This document shows, in pieces, positions 10,534 to 21,367 of a stretch of DNA of 64,000 bases; position 1 is the stretch's first letter, and every line of letters begins with the position of its first letter. The stretch is taken from contig CP166621.1 of the NCBI GenBank assembly GCA_041937185.1, positions 2,068,571-2,132,570 on the forward strand. The letters are read 5' to 3'. The notes beneath the pieces were generated by a model. The model had not been told where the DNA came from, did not search any database, and saw nothing but the letters and a program-made list of their open reading frames with translations. The translations under genes and the position numbers were made by a program. The DNA comes from Leptolyngbya sp. BL-A-14. Its GTDB lineage: Bacteria > Cyanobacteriota > Cyanobacteriia > Leptolyngbyales > Leptolyngbyaceae.

Positions 10534-11496
10534 ATGCAGATCCGTCGTCGTCCACCCAATCCTGCGGTTTCTGTACAGGAATTGCGCTATCAGGTAAAGG
10601 TACCGGATGCAGCCCCTCGCCATATTCTGGAGGAAATCGTCTGGCAAAAAGAGGCTGAAGTCGCTCAATGGCGCGAGCGTGTGCCGTTGCTAGAGCTGCA
10701 AAAGCAGGTGCAAGATCTACCAGCACCACGAAATTTTTTGCAGGCTCTCCGCCAGGGTAAGTCTCGTCCTGCCGTCATTGCCGAAGTCAAGAAGGCATCT
10801 CCTAGTAAAGGGGTGATTCGGGAAGATTTTGACCCCGTCGCGATCGCTCGCTCCTATGAGCAGGGTGGTGCAACCTGCCTTTCAGTACTCACCGACCAAA
10901 CGTTTTTTCAAGGCAGTTTTGAGTATCTTGCCAGCATTCGTCGGGTAACCGAGCTGCCGTTGTTGTGCAAGGAATTCATTATTTACCCATACCAGATGTA
11001 CCTGGCAAGGGTAAACGGTGCGGATGCCGTACTCTTGATTGCAGCCATTTTGTCTGACAAAGATCTTCAGTACTTTCTCAAAATTGCAGCCACCCTGGGC
11101 TTAACCGCGCTGGTCGAGGTGCATACCTTAGCAGAGCTCGATCGCGTACTATCACTAGAAGGCGTTGCTCTAGTTGGCATCAACAACCGTAATCTACAAG
11201 ATTTTTCAGTTGATTTACAAACCACCTGTCGCCTGCTGGACGATCGCCAGGAGCAACTGCGATCGCGAAACATTCTGATTGTCAGTGAATCTGGTCTTTA
11301 TACGACTGAGGATTTGCAATTGGTAATGAATGCAGGTGCCAGTGCAGTACTGGTGGGCGAAGCACTTATGCGGCAACCTGATCCTGCCGTTGCGCTAAGC
11401 ACCCTCATTGGGGGTAGTGCAGACGTTGGGGCTACTGCAAACTCCCCAGCATCAAATCCACCGTTACCTGCCCCGCCCTCAGGAGAGGCTGGCTAA
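10534..11496 (+). CDS. trpC: Indole-3-glycerol phosphate synthase
   Basis: [38 protein letters not shown]-terminus typical of cyanobacterial TrpC. Confidence 0.9.
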   Translation: MQIRRRPPNPAVSVQELRYQVKVPDAAPRHILEEIVWQKEAEVAQWRERVPLLELQKQVQDLPAPRNFLQALRQGKSRPAVIAEVKKASPSKGVIREDFDPVAIARSYEQGGATCLSVLTDQTFFQGSFEYLASIRRVTELPLLCKEFIIYPYQMYLARVNGADAVLLIAAILSDKDLQYFLKIAATLGLTALVEVHTLAELDRVLSLEGVALVGINNRNLQDFSVDLQTTCRLLDDRQEQLRSRNILIVSESGLYTTEDLQLVMNAGASAVLVGEALMRQPDPAVALSTLIGGSADVGATANSPASNPPLPAPPSGEAG

Positions 11497-11603
11497 GCCG
11501 AATCTGTTCTGCGTGTTTATCGATCGGCACGTTGTCGTTCATGCACGCTGAACGCTGCTCCACCCTTGTTCAATTGATTTACGCTAAAAGGTAGCACGTT
11601 CCC

Positions 11604-11876
11604 ATGGAACCCATTCCCCTCCCCTCCCATATTCATTACGAGCTTCTCCTCCAGCTTTTGGAGCGGCAGACAATGGTTGCCGTTGGTCGGCAGGTTCCAT
11701 CCCAGGCACAGGTACACCAGTTGATCATCACGTTGCGCAAAGCACTCGCCTTACAGAAGCAGTTAGAGGAAGACTGTCAGCGTCATCACTTGCCGATCGA
11801 GTACCGTTGGTCGCTCAACAATCTCACTACGGAGAAAGAGCTTAAAGATGCCGTGCTGAGTTTGCAAAACGAGTAG
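11604..11876 (+). CDS. Hypothetical protein
   Basis: 90-aa ORF. No motif recognised. Confidence 0.3.
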   Translation: MEPIPLPSHIHYELLLQLLERQTMVAVGRQVPSQAQVHQLIITLRKALALQKQLEEDCQRHHLPIEYRWSLNNLTTEKELKDAVLSLQNE

Positions 11877-12199
11877 CCTATCGTGCTTTTTAGAGTAATA
11901 GGTGGTATTTTCAGTCTCTTTACTGGACAAGGCGATTTGGATAAGCGTTTAATCGACAAAATTGTTTCAAACAGTATCGTTTACGGTGGCGATTCTGCAC
12001 TTGATCAACTACTTTAGATTCAATCTAGCGGTCGGAGTTAGGGCTTGGAATCATGGACAGTCAATACTAGAGCTGGAGCTTGCTCTAAGGTGGCGAAGGC
12101 AAAAGCCCCTGGAAGAAGCTGCTTTAGACGGAAACTTCTGAGCCTGACGTCTGTTTAGAGCGCTAACTGCGCTGGCTTATCGCTTTCGGGAGGTCCTGC

Positions 12200-13684
12200 G
12201 TGTCTGAACCGAATTTAGCCTACAGTGCCTTGATGTCAGAGAGTAGACACTCTGACGATCGGAGCCTGCTGGAGACTGTGCCATTAGATGCAGGAAACAT
12301 CAGCCCGTCCCCTGGAGCAGCGATCGCTCAAGGCACAGAATCACTAAAGAACTATTTAGACGCCTGGGTCGCCACTCATCACGAGACCAATGCGATTGAT
12401 CCTGAGTTTATTGCGGCCCTCACCCAACATGCCACTATTGCACTGGAGTCTCAGCGACGGCAGTGGGAACAGGAGCAGGAATTCTTGCGCACTGAGCTAA
12501 GACAGGCGCGATCACACTCTCACGAGCAACTTGAACGCATCCGTCATTTGGAGCAAGCACTGGATCAATCGGTTGCCTCGCTACGTGAAATGCGACTCCA
12601 GGCCGTCGATCAGCAGCTTCTAGAAGCACAGCTTGCCTCAACGGAAGAAATTTCTAACATTCAGCAGCAGGCGATCGCACGATTAAAGCTACAGTTGGCA
12701 CAGCAACAGCAGGCGTTAGACGCTCAACTGGTTGAAACGCAAACGCGCGATCGCTCCCTGCAGACGCTTTTGCACACGATGGAAGCGCTCACCCAGGCAC
12801 AGCAGCAGGAGCTAACCCAATTACAGACTCAGATTGCCTGCGATCGCGCCGACGTGCAAGCATATCAACACCAGTTGGAAGAACAGCTGGAGCACCTGCA
12901 AACAGACTTGCAAACCCAGCAAGCCCGCGCTACGGCTCTAGAAGCCCAATCTCTCGATGCGTGCGCTTTGGCGAAGCATTTAGCCGCACGCTTAGAGCAA
13001 GCTCACGCTCAGGTCAGCGAACTCTCACAGATTCTGAGCGATCGCCAGGCCGCACTTGGGCAACTGGAGGTAGAGATCCAGCAAGCACACGTCACCTTGC
13101 AGGAGCAACAGGCATTGCTGGATCGGCTGCAACAAGCCCACCCGCAGCAAACTTCGACGGGTGTGCTCGTGTCTTCCAGCACAACGACAGAGAGCCGCCC
13201 TCCAGCCATCACCCCCGATTTAGCCACTGCCCACGCCAAAATTGTGGCGCTCGAAGCCCAGGCAGCGAAACAAACAACCGCTCAAGCCATGCTCAGGCAT
13301 GCCTGCCAGGAACTTGAAGAAGAGCGCGATCGTCAGCACGTTCGGCTGACAGAGCTGGAACAGCAGACGAATGACATGCAAGAGCAGATTTTGCGGCAGG
13401 CCCAGCAAGCCAGTGAGTATGAAACCGCCATCCAGCACTGGAAAGATCGATGCTTTAGCAGCCAAAGCGGGGTACTCAAGCTGAAAGCCCTGCTAGAGAG
13501 CGTTTTACCAAACCCTCCGGCTGAGCTATCAGACGTGTTAGCGGTGCTGCTGGCTGCTGCGAATGAAACCACTGAACCTGGTAGCCCTGGTTTGCTACCC
13601 CCAACGCCCTTCAATCGTGAACCCAAAGTCGATCTCCCAGACTTCTTGATCCGACGTCGCAATCACAAAACGCGGCGATCGTAG
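12200..13684 (+). CDS. Gln/Leu/Ala-rich coiled-coil protein (494 aa)
   Basis: Long heptad-like Q/L/E/A repeats. No enzymatic motif. Confidence 0.55.
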   Translation: MSEPNLAYSALMSESRHSDDRSLLETVPLDAGNISPSPGAAIAQGTESLKNYLDAWVATHHETNAIDPEFIAALTQHATIALESQRRQWEQEQEFLRTELRQARSHSHEQLERIRHLEQALDQSVASLREMRLQAVDQQLLEAQLASTEEISNIQQQAIARLKLQLAQQQQALDAQLVETQTRDRSLQTLLHTMEALTQAQQQELTQLQTQIACDRADVQAYQHQLEEQLEHLQTDLQTQQARATALEAQSLDACALAKHLAARLEQAHAQVSELSQILSDRQAALGQLEVEIQQAHVTLQEQQALLDRLQQAHPQQTSTGVLVSSSTTTESRPPAITPDLATAHAKIVALEAQAAKQTTAQAMLRHACQELEEERDRQHVRLTELEQQTNDMQEQILRQAQQASEYETAIQHWKDRCFSSQSGVLKLKALLESVLPNPPAELSDVLAVLLAAANETTEPGSPGLLPPTPFNREPKVDLPDFLIRRRNHKTRRS

Positions 13685-13717
13685 TTCTGGATGCGTCCAT
13701 CTGGAGGTGGCGTCCTA

Positions 13718-15274
13718 TCAAGCTGTTGGTTCTGGCTGCTCTATAGGGAGTTTGATCACAAATTTAGTGCCCTGCCCAAGAGTAGAGAAGCATTGCAGGG
13801 AACCTTTATGCTTTTCCGTCACGATTTGATGGCTAATAGACATCCCAAGTCCCGTTCCCTTCCCCATTTCCTTTGTCGTAAAGAAGGGTTCAAACAATCG
13901 CTGTCTGACCTGTTCTGGCATACCACCAGCGTTATCAGCAATTTGAATCGTGACCCAACCAGGTTCCGTAACGGCTGTAGAAAGATGGATTTTGGGTGAA
14001 AACGAAGCCATTGCTTCAACGGTTTCGCTGGCTTCTTGGGTCTGCTGTTTGTACCCCATCCGTTCTTCCAGTGCATCAATCGCATTGCTAAGAATGTTCA
14101 TAAACACTTGATTCAACTGCCCACCAGAGCATTCCACTTTAGGCAACGCTCCATAATCCTTCAGGATTACAATGGCTGGACGAGCGGCGCAGGCCTTCAA
14201 ACGGTTGTCGAGAATCAGGAGAGTGCTATCAATGCCTTCATGGATATCGATCGCTTTCGTTTCAGATTCGTCCAATCGTGAGAAGACGCGGAGAGACTTA
14301 ACAATCTCCCGAATGCGCTCGGTGCCAACTCGCATAGAAGCAAGTAATTTGGGTAAATCTTCAGCCAAAAAATCAACTTCGATCGCGGCTGACTTTAGCT
14401 GAATTGCCGCCGTCGGTGCAGGGTACTCTGTCTGATAGAGCGCCAGCAGTTCAAGCAAATCTTCCATGTACTCATTCGCATGAGACAGGTTGCCGTGGAT
14501 GAAATTAACGGGGTTGTTGATTTCATGCGCCACACCTGCCACCAACTGCCCCAGCGTAGACATCTTTTCGCTCTGAACAAGCTGCACCTGGGCATGTTGA
14601 AGCTGATGGAGCGATCGCTCTAATTGCTCGGCCTTCTCACGTTCTCTCGCTTCACTCACCCGTAGTGCAGCTTCTGTCTCTTTCCGCTGTAGAATCTCCA
14701 ATTCCAGATTACGGCTAGTTTCCAATGCTTTCATCAGGGTAGAAAACGCCCTCAACGCGGTTACAACAGCAATAAACAGTCGTTGTGACGTTAGCTCAGT
14801 TTTCGTTTTGTAATCATCAATGCCGTAGTTTACAACAACGAGGTTTTCGGGTGCTTGCCCCGGTTGTCCAGTGCGTAAAATGATGCGAACAAGTTGATTA
14901 CCTAACTGTTCACGAACAAATTTCACGACCTGCAAGCCTGCATCCTCAGCTTCCATGACCACGTCTAGCAAAACAACCGCAATGTCAGGATGAGTCCGAA
15001 TAATTTGTCTGGCTTCCTGCCCCGAATAGGCATGCAAGAAGCTTAATGTTTTACCCTCCAGGGTAAAGTCACTGAGTGCCAATTCGGTAACTTGATGCAC
15101 TTCTACTTCATCATCTGCAATCAGCACTTTCCAGCTTGCTATAGGTGAATTTTCTATTTCTTCAGCAAAAGGGACTGCTTCTTGCTCATCCGCAAACACT
15201 AATTCATCACTCTGGTTCGTAGCAAATTCTTGCATGATTTGTAAGCTCGTCTTTTTTGTGGATGAGAGGCTCAA
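13718..15274 (-). CDS. Hybrid response-regulator receiver / histidine kinase
   Basis: REC domain (LIADDE...LLDVVM), HisKA H-box AHEINNP, and HATPase_c motifs. Confidence 0.85.
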   Translation of the reverse strand: MSLSSTKKTSLQIMQEFATNQSDELVFADEQEAVPFAEEIENSPIASWKVLIADDEVEVHQVTELALSDFTLEGKTLSFLHAYSGQEARQIIRTHPDIAVVLLDVVMEAEDAGLQVVKFVREQLGNQLVRIILRTGQPGQAPENLVVVNYGIDDYKTKTELTSQRLFIAVVTALRAFSTLMKALETSRNLELEILQRKETEAALRVSEAREREKAEQLERSLHQLQHAQVQLVQSEKMSTLGQLVAGVAHEINNPVNFIHGNLSHANEYMEDLLELLALYQTEYPAPTAAIQLKSAAIEVDFLAEDLPKLLASMRVGTERIREIVKSLRVFSRLDESETKAIDIHEGIDSTLLILDNRLKACAARPAIVILKDYGALPKVECSGGQLNQVFMNILSNAIDALEERMGYKQQTQEASETVEAMASFSPKIHLSTAVTEPGWVTIQIADNAGGMPEQVRQRLFEPFFTTKEMGKGTGLGMSISHQIVTEKHKGSLQCFSTLGQGTKFVIKLPIEQPEPTA

Positions 15275-15361
15275 ATGGAGGCGAAATCAAGATCCAGGCA
15301 ATGCGTTGAAAGGGGCTATTCTGAGGTCTAAGCGCTACCGTTTGTTCAAACTATTTTTTGT

Positions 15362-18202
15362 TTAGCTGTCTGTCAATGCTTCGAGACACATGGGAATTTT
15401 GAGCGTGAATTGTGTTTTCAAACCGGGTTGGCTCTCACAATGGATGGTTCCACCCATTTTTTGTGTCACCAAGTTGTAAACAATGTGTAGGCCTAATCCG
15501 CTACCACCTTGCCCTCGCTTTGTGGTAAAGAATGGCTCAAAAATTTTGTTTAGATGATCAGGAAGAATTCCTTTGCCATTATCGCCATAGACAAAGATAA
15601 GATGCTCATCTACTTGTTGGAATTCAATTGTGATTATGCCTCGATCGCCCTCGTTATAAGCATGAATCACTGAATTCATAATCAGGTTTGTCAAGATTTG
15701 AGAAAAGACACCTGGATAATTATCCAAACACAAATCATGATCACCGTGAATGTGTATGGTATGCCCAAGCGGCTTTAACTTCGGGCTCAGCTGAAGTAGA
15801 ATCTCTTCCAAATAGGTCTTAATGTTAAAGCGACGTCTCGTTTCACTCGATTGATCAACCGCAATCTGTTTAAAGCTGTGGATCAGTTCAGCCGCGCGAT
15901 TAAGATTTGCCAGTGTCATCTTGCTACTCTGAGTCGCCAACTCTAGAAATTTTGCTAAATCAGAACGTTTCATGGAGCCATTACTAAAGCTCTGTGCAAA
16001 TGCTTCTGTTTTTTCTACTAATAAAGAGGCGGCTGTAACACCAATGCCGATCGGAGTATTAATTTCGTGAGCAATGCCTGCAACTAAACCACCTAATGCC
16101 GCCATTTTCTCTGTTTGAATGAGTTGCTCTTCAGCCTGCTTCAAATTATGCAGCGTTTGCTCAAGCTGTTTTGCTTTTTCTTGCACTTTCGCTTCTGCCT
16201 GTTCGCGCTCCTTCACTTCTTGCTGAAGCTGAAGGTTTTGTTTATCAAGTTCTATTTGTGCCAACTCACGACTTTCCTGCGCCAGAACCAACCACCACGA
16301 GCCCATACCAATTAAGACTAACAAGGCAGCATAAACTTCAATCAGCGTGATAAAAGCCCTTCTGGAGGCGTCTAAGGGGGCAGTCATCACTGTCTCAGTT
16401 TGATGATAGTAAGCGAACCCAAACATAACGCCAACAATGCCAGCAATGCTCAAAAAGATTGTGAGGTACTTGAGCATTCTGCCCACTAAATCAGAGGGTA
16501 TTTTATCTTGAAAAACCGTTTGTGCAATGGTTTGAGCAAGATTCAAAAGCGGGTAAGAATTTTGTTTGGTGGGCTCTTTGCACACATCATGGCAGCGGGC
16601 ATTCAGACTACAACATAAGGAACAGATAGCTCCTTCATAAACCGGACAATGTGCAATATCGTATGATTCGTACTCACCATCACACACGCGACAGCGCACC
16701 ACATTTAAGGAGAGTGCTGTTTGATTTTGATAATGAGTGTTTGAGCGAGCAATATAGTATTTACTTTTAGTGAGGACAGCGATCACAGGTGCCAACACAA
16801 AGGCTAAACCCAACGCAATTAAGGGAGCATAGGCCTGAGCGATCGACCCCAAGGCTCCCGTAAACGCCACGATGGAAACCAGTGAGCCAATCACCATTGA
16901 CCCAAACCCAACCGGGTTCACGTTGTAGAGGTGTGCTCGCTTAAACTCGATATATGAAGGGCTGAGTCCTAAAGGTTTATTAATGATCAAATCAGCCACG
17001 ATCGCGCCGACCCAGGCGATCGCCACATTCGAGTAAAATCCCAACACTATTTCCAGGGTTGAAAACACATCCAGTTCCATTAACAGAAGGGCGATCGTGA
17101 CGTTAAAAACGAGCCACACAACGCGCCCCGGATGGCTATGCGTTAGTCTCGAAAAAAAATTGGACCACGCCAATGAGCCTGCGTAGGCATTCATAACGTT
17201 GATTTTGATTTGCGACAGCACCACGTACAAAATCGTGACGGCTAGCGCAATGTCTGGATTTGAGAAAACGTACTCAAACCCCACCAAATACATTTGCGTC
17301 GGCTCATTAGCGCGCGACAGGCTGACCCCATGACTTACGGCCAGTGACGCCAAAAAAGCTCCTGCTAGCTGCTTCAAGGCTGCCAGCAAAATCCAGCCTG
17401 GGCCTGCAAACACTACAGCAAACCACCACTTGCCTCGATTGGTCGCTTCTGGGTTTGGCAGAAACCGCAAAATGTCTACCTGTTCACCAATTTGAGCAAT
17501 CAGCGAGAAGGATACCGTTGCGGCCGCACCTAAGAGCAGCGGACTAAAGGCAGTACCGCTTGGCGATCGACCTGCAAATTGAATCCAATGAGAGAGCGCT
17601 TCCGGTTCCTTATACAGAATGCAGCCGAAGGGCAACAGCAACAAGACAAGCCAGAGGGGTTGGGTCCACAGCTGGAGTTGGTTAATCAGGGTGATCCCAA
17701 AAAACACCAACGGGATCACAAGCAAGGAACAAACGACATAGCCGATCGCTAGCGGTAGATGAAAATACAGTTCCAACGCTTGCGCCATAATGGCCGCTTC
17801 GAGCGCAAAGAAAATGAAGGTAAACGATGCGTAGATAAGCGACGTAATCGTCGAACCAATGTACCCAAATCCTGCACCACGGGTCAGCAAGTCCATATCA
17901 ATGTTGAACTTGGCCGCATAGTAAGTAATCGGCAATCCTGTCAGAAAAATGATGCCCGATGCCAGCAGGATGCCCCATAGCGAGTTTGTGAACCCATAGC
18001 TGATGGCGATCGAAGCGCCGATGGCTTCCAGTGCAACCGCCGAAATGCCCCCGATCGCAGTGTTGGCAACCAGAAACTCTGACCAGGTGCGGAAGGATTT
18101 AGGTGCAAAGCGCAGGGCGTAATCTTCAATCGTCTCCGTAGCAACCCAGGCATTGTAATCACGGCGATCCTGAACAACCTTGAGGCTTGGATTAGTTTGC
18201 AT
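15362..18202 (-). CDS. Sensor histidine kinase with N-terminal ~12-TM permease-like (NCS1-like) domain and a Cys-rich segment
   Basis: Start set at the internal ATG at 18202 (MQTNPSLKV). About 500 aa polytopic domain, Cys cluster, coiled coil, H-box AHEINTP, HATPase. Confidence 0.75.
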   Translation of the reverse strand: MQTNPSLKVVQDRRDYNAWVATETIEDYALRFAPKSFRTWSEFLVANTAIGGISAVALEAIGASIAISYGFTNSLWGILLASGIIFLTGLPITYYAAKFNIDMDLLTRGAGFGYIGSTITSLIYASFTFIFFALEAAIMAQALELYFHLPLAIGYVVCSLLVIPLVFFGITLINQLQLWTQPLWLVLLLLPFGCILYKEPEALSHWIQFAGRSPSGTAFSPLLLGAAATVSFSLIAQIGEQVDILRFLPNPEATNRGKWWFAVVFAGPGWILLAALKQLAGAFLASLAVSHGVSLSRANEPTQMYLVGFEYVFSNPDIALAVTILYVVLSQIKINVMNAYAGSLAWSNFFSRLTHSHPGRVVWLVFNVTIALLLMELDVFSTLEIVLGFYSNVAIAWVGAIVADLIINKPLGLSPSYIEFKRAHLYNVNPVGFGSMVIGSLVSIVAFTGALGSIAQAYAPLIALGLAFVLAPVIAVLTKSKYYIARSNTHYQNQTALSLNVVRCRVCDGEYESYDIAHCPVYEGAICSLCCSLNARCHDVCKEPTKQNSYPLLNLAQTIAQTVFQDKIPSDLVGRMLKYLTIFLSIAGIVGVMFGFAYYHQTETVMTAPLDASRRAFITLIEVYAALLVLIGMGSWWLVLAQESRELAQIELDKQNLQLQQEVKEREQAEAKVQEKAKQLEQTLHNLKQAEEQLIQTEKMAALGGLVAGIAHEINTPIGIGVTAASLLVEKTEAFAQSFSNGSMKRSDLAKFLELATQSSKMTLANLNRAAELIHSFKQIAVDQSSETRRRFNIKTYLEEILLQLSPKLKPLGHTIHIHGDHDLCLDNYPGVFSQILTNLIMNSVIHAYNEGDRGIITIEFQQVDEHLIFVYGDNGKGILPDHLNKIFEPFFTTKRGQGGSGLGLHIVYNLVTQKMGGTIHCESQPGLKTQFTLKIPMCLEALTDS

Positions 18203-18598
18203 GGAACACTGAAGGATGAGCGGTTGGTTTAAGCGTGTTGTCTTAAAGCAGTAGATGATTGATGCAGCGACAGTCTTGATGACTGCCAATCATGAGTGAC
18301 GAAGCTTGGCTGTGACAAACGTCAGTAAGCGTGACTGTAATTTAGACGGCGCGATCGTTCTGCTCTCATAAATCCCTAAGAGAGTACAAAAATCAACAAA
18401 TGTAAAAATCAACCTGAGAGTATGAGGCCTCTCGCTTCGCCTGGGACTTTATGGGCGGTAGTGCGGTTTCAAGTGGGTGTCTCACCACGTTGGCACGCCT
18501 GTAGAAGACCCTCTCAGGATGGTTTAAAGGTTAGAAATTATGTCATCCTGGGATAGGCCGCTATTGTGTGTGATGTTCTCAATTCCCAAGGCAGACCC

Positions 18599-19753
18599 AT
18601 GGACGACAAGTTGATGCTGATGATTCCCGGCCCCACTCCGGTGCCAGAGCAGGTTTTACTCGCAATGGCGAAGCACCCGATCGGGCATCGTAGCGGCGAC
18701 TTTTCCAAAATCATGGCGGAAGTTACTGATGGATTGAAATGGCTGCACCAAACCCAAAATGACGTACTGAGCTTAACGGTGAGCGGTACAGGTGCAGTTG
18801 AAGCAGCAATCATCAACTTTTTGAGTCCGGGCGATCGTGTCCTGGTCGGCAGCAATGGCAAGTTTGGTGAGCGGTGGGTAGAAGTTTCCCAAGCCTATGG
18901 TTTGAACGTTGAGCCAATCAAGGCGGAGTGGGGGCAGGCACTTGACCCAGAGAAGTTTCGGGAGGCCTTAGAGGCTGACACGCAAAAGACGATCAAAGCC
19001 GTCATCATCACTCACAGCGAAACGTCAACGGGGGTGTTGAATGATCTGGAAACCATTAACCGTCACGTCAAAGCGCACGGAGAAGCACTCATCATCGTTG
19101 ATACCGTAACCAGCCTCGGTTCTTACAATCTACCGATCGATGCTTGGGGGTTGGATGTTGTGGCTTCTGGTTCTCAAAAGGGCTATATGGTGCCTCCGGG
19201 CTTAGGCTTCGTTGCGGTTAACGCAAGAGCATGGGAAGCGTACAAAACGGCTAAGCTCCCCCGGTACTATCTGGATTTAGGCAAGTATCGTAAAGATGCG
19301 GCGAAAAACACCACTCCCTTCACGCCGCCGGTCAATATGTTTTTTGCTTTGCAGGTTGCACTACGCATGATGCAGGCAGAAGGGCTAGAAAACATTTTTG
19401 CCCGCCACCAACGCCTGACAAACGCCACTCGTGCCGCTGTAAAAGCATTGGGATTACCGTTGTTGGCTCCCGATCAGTCAGCGAGTCCGGCGATTACGTC
19501 TGTGATCCCTGATCGCGTTGATGCTGAGCAAGTGCGCGCTGTCATGAAAAAGCGGTACGACATTATTCTTGCAGGCGGGCAGGACCACCTCAAAGGCAAG
19601 ATTTTCCGCATTGGGCATCTAGGCTTTGTCAGCGATCGCGACATTTTGACTGCGATCGGTGCTTTAGAGGCAACGTTACAAGAACTTGGCTACGAAAGCT
19701 TTACCCCCGGAAGTGGTGTAGCAGCGGCAGCCAAAGTTTTTGCTTCAGCGTAA
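18599..19753 (+). CDS. Class V aminotransferase (serine-pyruvate / alanine-glyoxylate family)
   Basis: PGPTPVP N-terminus and SGSQKGYMVPPGLGF PLP-lysine region. Confidence 0.85.
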   Translation: MDDKLMLMIPGPTPVPEQVLLAMAKHPIGHRSGDFSKIMAEVTDGLKWLHQTQNDVLSLTVSGTGAVEAAIINFLSPGDRVLVGSNGKFGERWVEVSQAYGLNVEPIKAEWGQALDPEKFREALEADTQKTIKAVIITHSETSTGVLNDLETINRHVKAHGEALIIVDTVTSLGSYNLPIDAWGLDVVASGSQKGYMVPPGLGFVAVNARAWEAYKTAKLPRYYLDLGKYRKDAAKNTTPFTPPVNMFFALQVALRMMQAEGLENIFARHQRLTNATRAAVKALGLPLLAPDQSASPAITSVIPDRVDAEQVRAVMKKRYDIILAGGQDHLKGKIFRIGHLGFVSDRDILTAIGALEATLQELGYESFTPGSGVAAAAKVFASA

Positions 19754-19841
19754 TCAGCTTACCCTGCTCTCACGGCGTGCTTGACTTTGACGTATGCAGC
19801 ACGCTCCCTTGTCATGCGGACTTTCTAATGTCCGGGCCTCT

Positions 19842-20969
19842 CTAAGGAGTCGTTGCTTTAGCGGGTGGAATGGCATAGTCGGCAGGGCTAATGCGATTTC
19901 TACCAGAGGGTTCGGGATACGCCTGTGAATGCAGTTTTTGAATTGCGTCTGTCCACTGGCCAATCTTATCCTGCGCTTCTTGATAAAGTGCGCTGCCAAA
20001 GCTGACGTTGCTTGCTTCTGCAATCGCCGCCTGTAGCGAAGACGTATCACCCTTGCTTGCCAATTGTATGGCGCGGGCAAGATAAGGACGGTCTTCAAGC
20101 TCTTGCAACTGACGATTCCAACGGTCAATCGATCGCTGAGCCTCTTCATAGCGAGGAGTGCCGTAAAGTACCAATCCAGCCGCATCCATTGCTGCTCTCA
20201 AGCCTTCTCCTGTGCCAGCGCTTGCCAATCTACGTGCACGATCGAGGTTTTCGGTGGCTTCGCGCGCCTGGTCTTTCTGCCAGTTTGATACCAGATCGGG
20301 TTCAGCCGTGTACTTTGTCTCGGAGGCTTTCTGGCGCTCGCGCTCTACTTTCGCCTGAGCTGCTTGTCCTTCCTTCGCTTCCTGTATTTTTTGTACCAAT
20401 TCCTGGTAGCGATCGTTACTCCAATAGCGACTGGTCAACTGCCGCAACTCTCTGGCCTTTTCAAAGGCTTGCTCCCACTGATTTCGCTCTGCCGAAGCTT
20501 CCGCATCACTGTAGATCGTTTGGGCATCATCCCAGGCAGATTGCCAGGACTTGATGCGTTCATCGGCAGTTTTGTATGCCCCTGCGGTGACAGGAATGCG
20601 ACGAGCTGTGCTGATCGCCTCTTCAAGGTTGCCATCCTGAAACGAGTTTTCAGCCAGCTCCAACAGCTTTTGGGATGCCTGTTCCACCAGTTGCTCGCTC
20701 TGAGCCGCGAGTGGGTGGTCGGCAGGTACCAGTCGTGCCAGCCTGATTGCTTCTGAGAGGCTGTCGATCGTCTGCTGACTTGCGCTTGCCTTAGCACAGT
20801 AAAAACCAGCAGCGATGGAATCATCAGTTGCTGTTGCGGCTTCTGCATTTGCCTGACAGTCTGCAAGTTGCTGAAAACGCAACATATCAATGGCCCACCA
20901 CCCTATGGCAAATGGACAAACCAGCAGCAACCCAATTCCCAATAGGCGCAAATACAGTACATTCTTCAT
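19842..20969 (-). CDS. Membrane-anchored hypothetical protein with helical repeat region
   Basis: N-terminal TM/signal segment. Repeated A/E/Q-rich helical segments. Confidence 0.45.
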   Translation of the reverse strand: MKNVLYLRLLGIGLLLVCPFAIGWWAIDMLRFQQLADCQANAEAATATDDSIAAGFYCAKASASQQTIDSLSEAIRLARLVPADHPLAAQSEQLVEQASQKLLELAENSFQDGNLEEAISTARRIPVTAGAYKTADERIKSWQSAWDDAQTIYSDAEASAERNQWEQAFEKARELRQLTSRYWSNDRYQELVQKIQEAKEGQAAQAKVERERQKASETKYTAEPDLVSNWQKDQAREATENLDRARRLASAGTGEGLRAAMDAAGLVLYGTPRYEEAQRSIDRWNRQLQELEDRPYLARAIQLASKGDTSSLQAAIAEASNVSFGSALYQEAQDKIGQWTDAIQKLHSQAYPEPSGRNRISPADYAIPPAKATTP

Positions 20970-21139
20970 CTTCTGGAGCTTACATCATTCCCAAACGGTT
21001 AGCTAGCGTGTATCAGCGGCACTTACATGCAAAGAAGCTATCATCAGTTATAGCAAGACCTTAAATGCAAAAAGAGCGGGCTGTGGTCAGTCCGCTCTCT
21101 GATTGGAGGAAGCAATTGTCTAAAGAGGCGATCGAGGCG

Positions 21140-21367
21140 TCAGGCTTGTTCGAGCCAATCATAAATTTGCTCCAACTGCTCCAGGGTCACTAACCCGTAC
21201 TGCCAGAGAATCATTGGCAATGGCCCCGGATCATGTTCCCGATGGCGCAGTGCGATGGCCAGCGAGGCAGCCGAAATTGACAGGTCTTCCTGCAGGAACC
21301 GAATCAATCGAGAGTAGGTTGTCGGAGCCGTCATGGTTGGCCTCAGAACTAGTGGTAAGTCAATCAA
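21140..21367 (-). CDS. Small conserved cyanobacterial hypothetical protein
   Basis: 75-aa ORF. Resembles a small cyanobacteria-specific family. Confidence 0.35.
   Translation of the reverse strand: MIDLPLVLRPTMTAPTTYSRLIRFLQEDLSISAASLAIALRHREHDPGPLPMILWQYGLVTLEQLEQIYDWLEQA

Noticed and set aside
19754-20185. 143-aa minus-strand ORF
   Set aside because: It overlaps the 3' part of the longer 19842-20969 ORF in another frame and has no motif.
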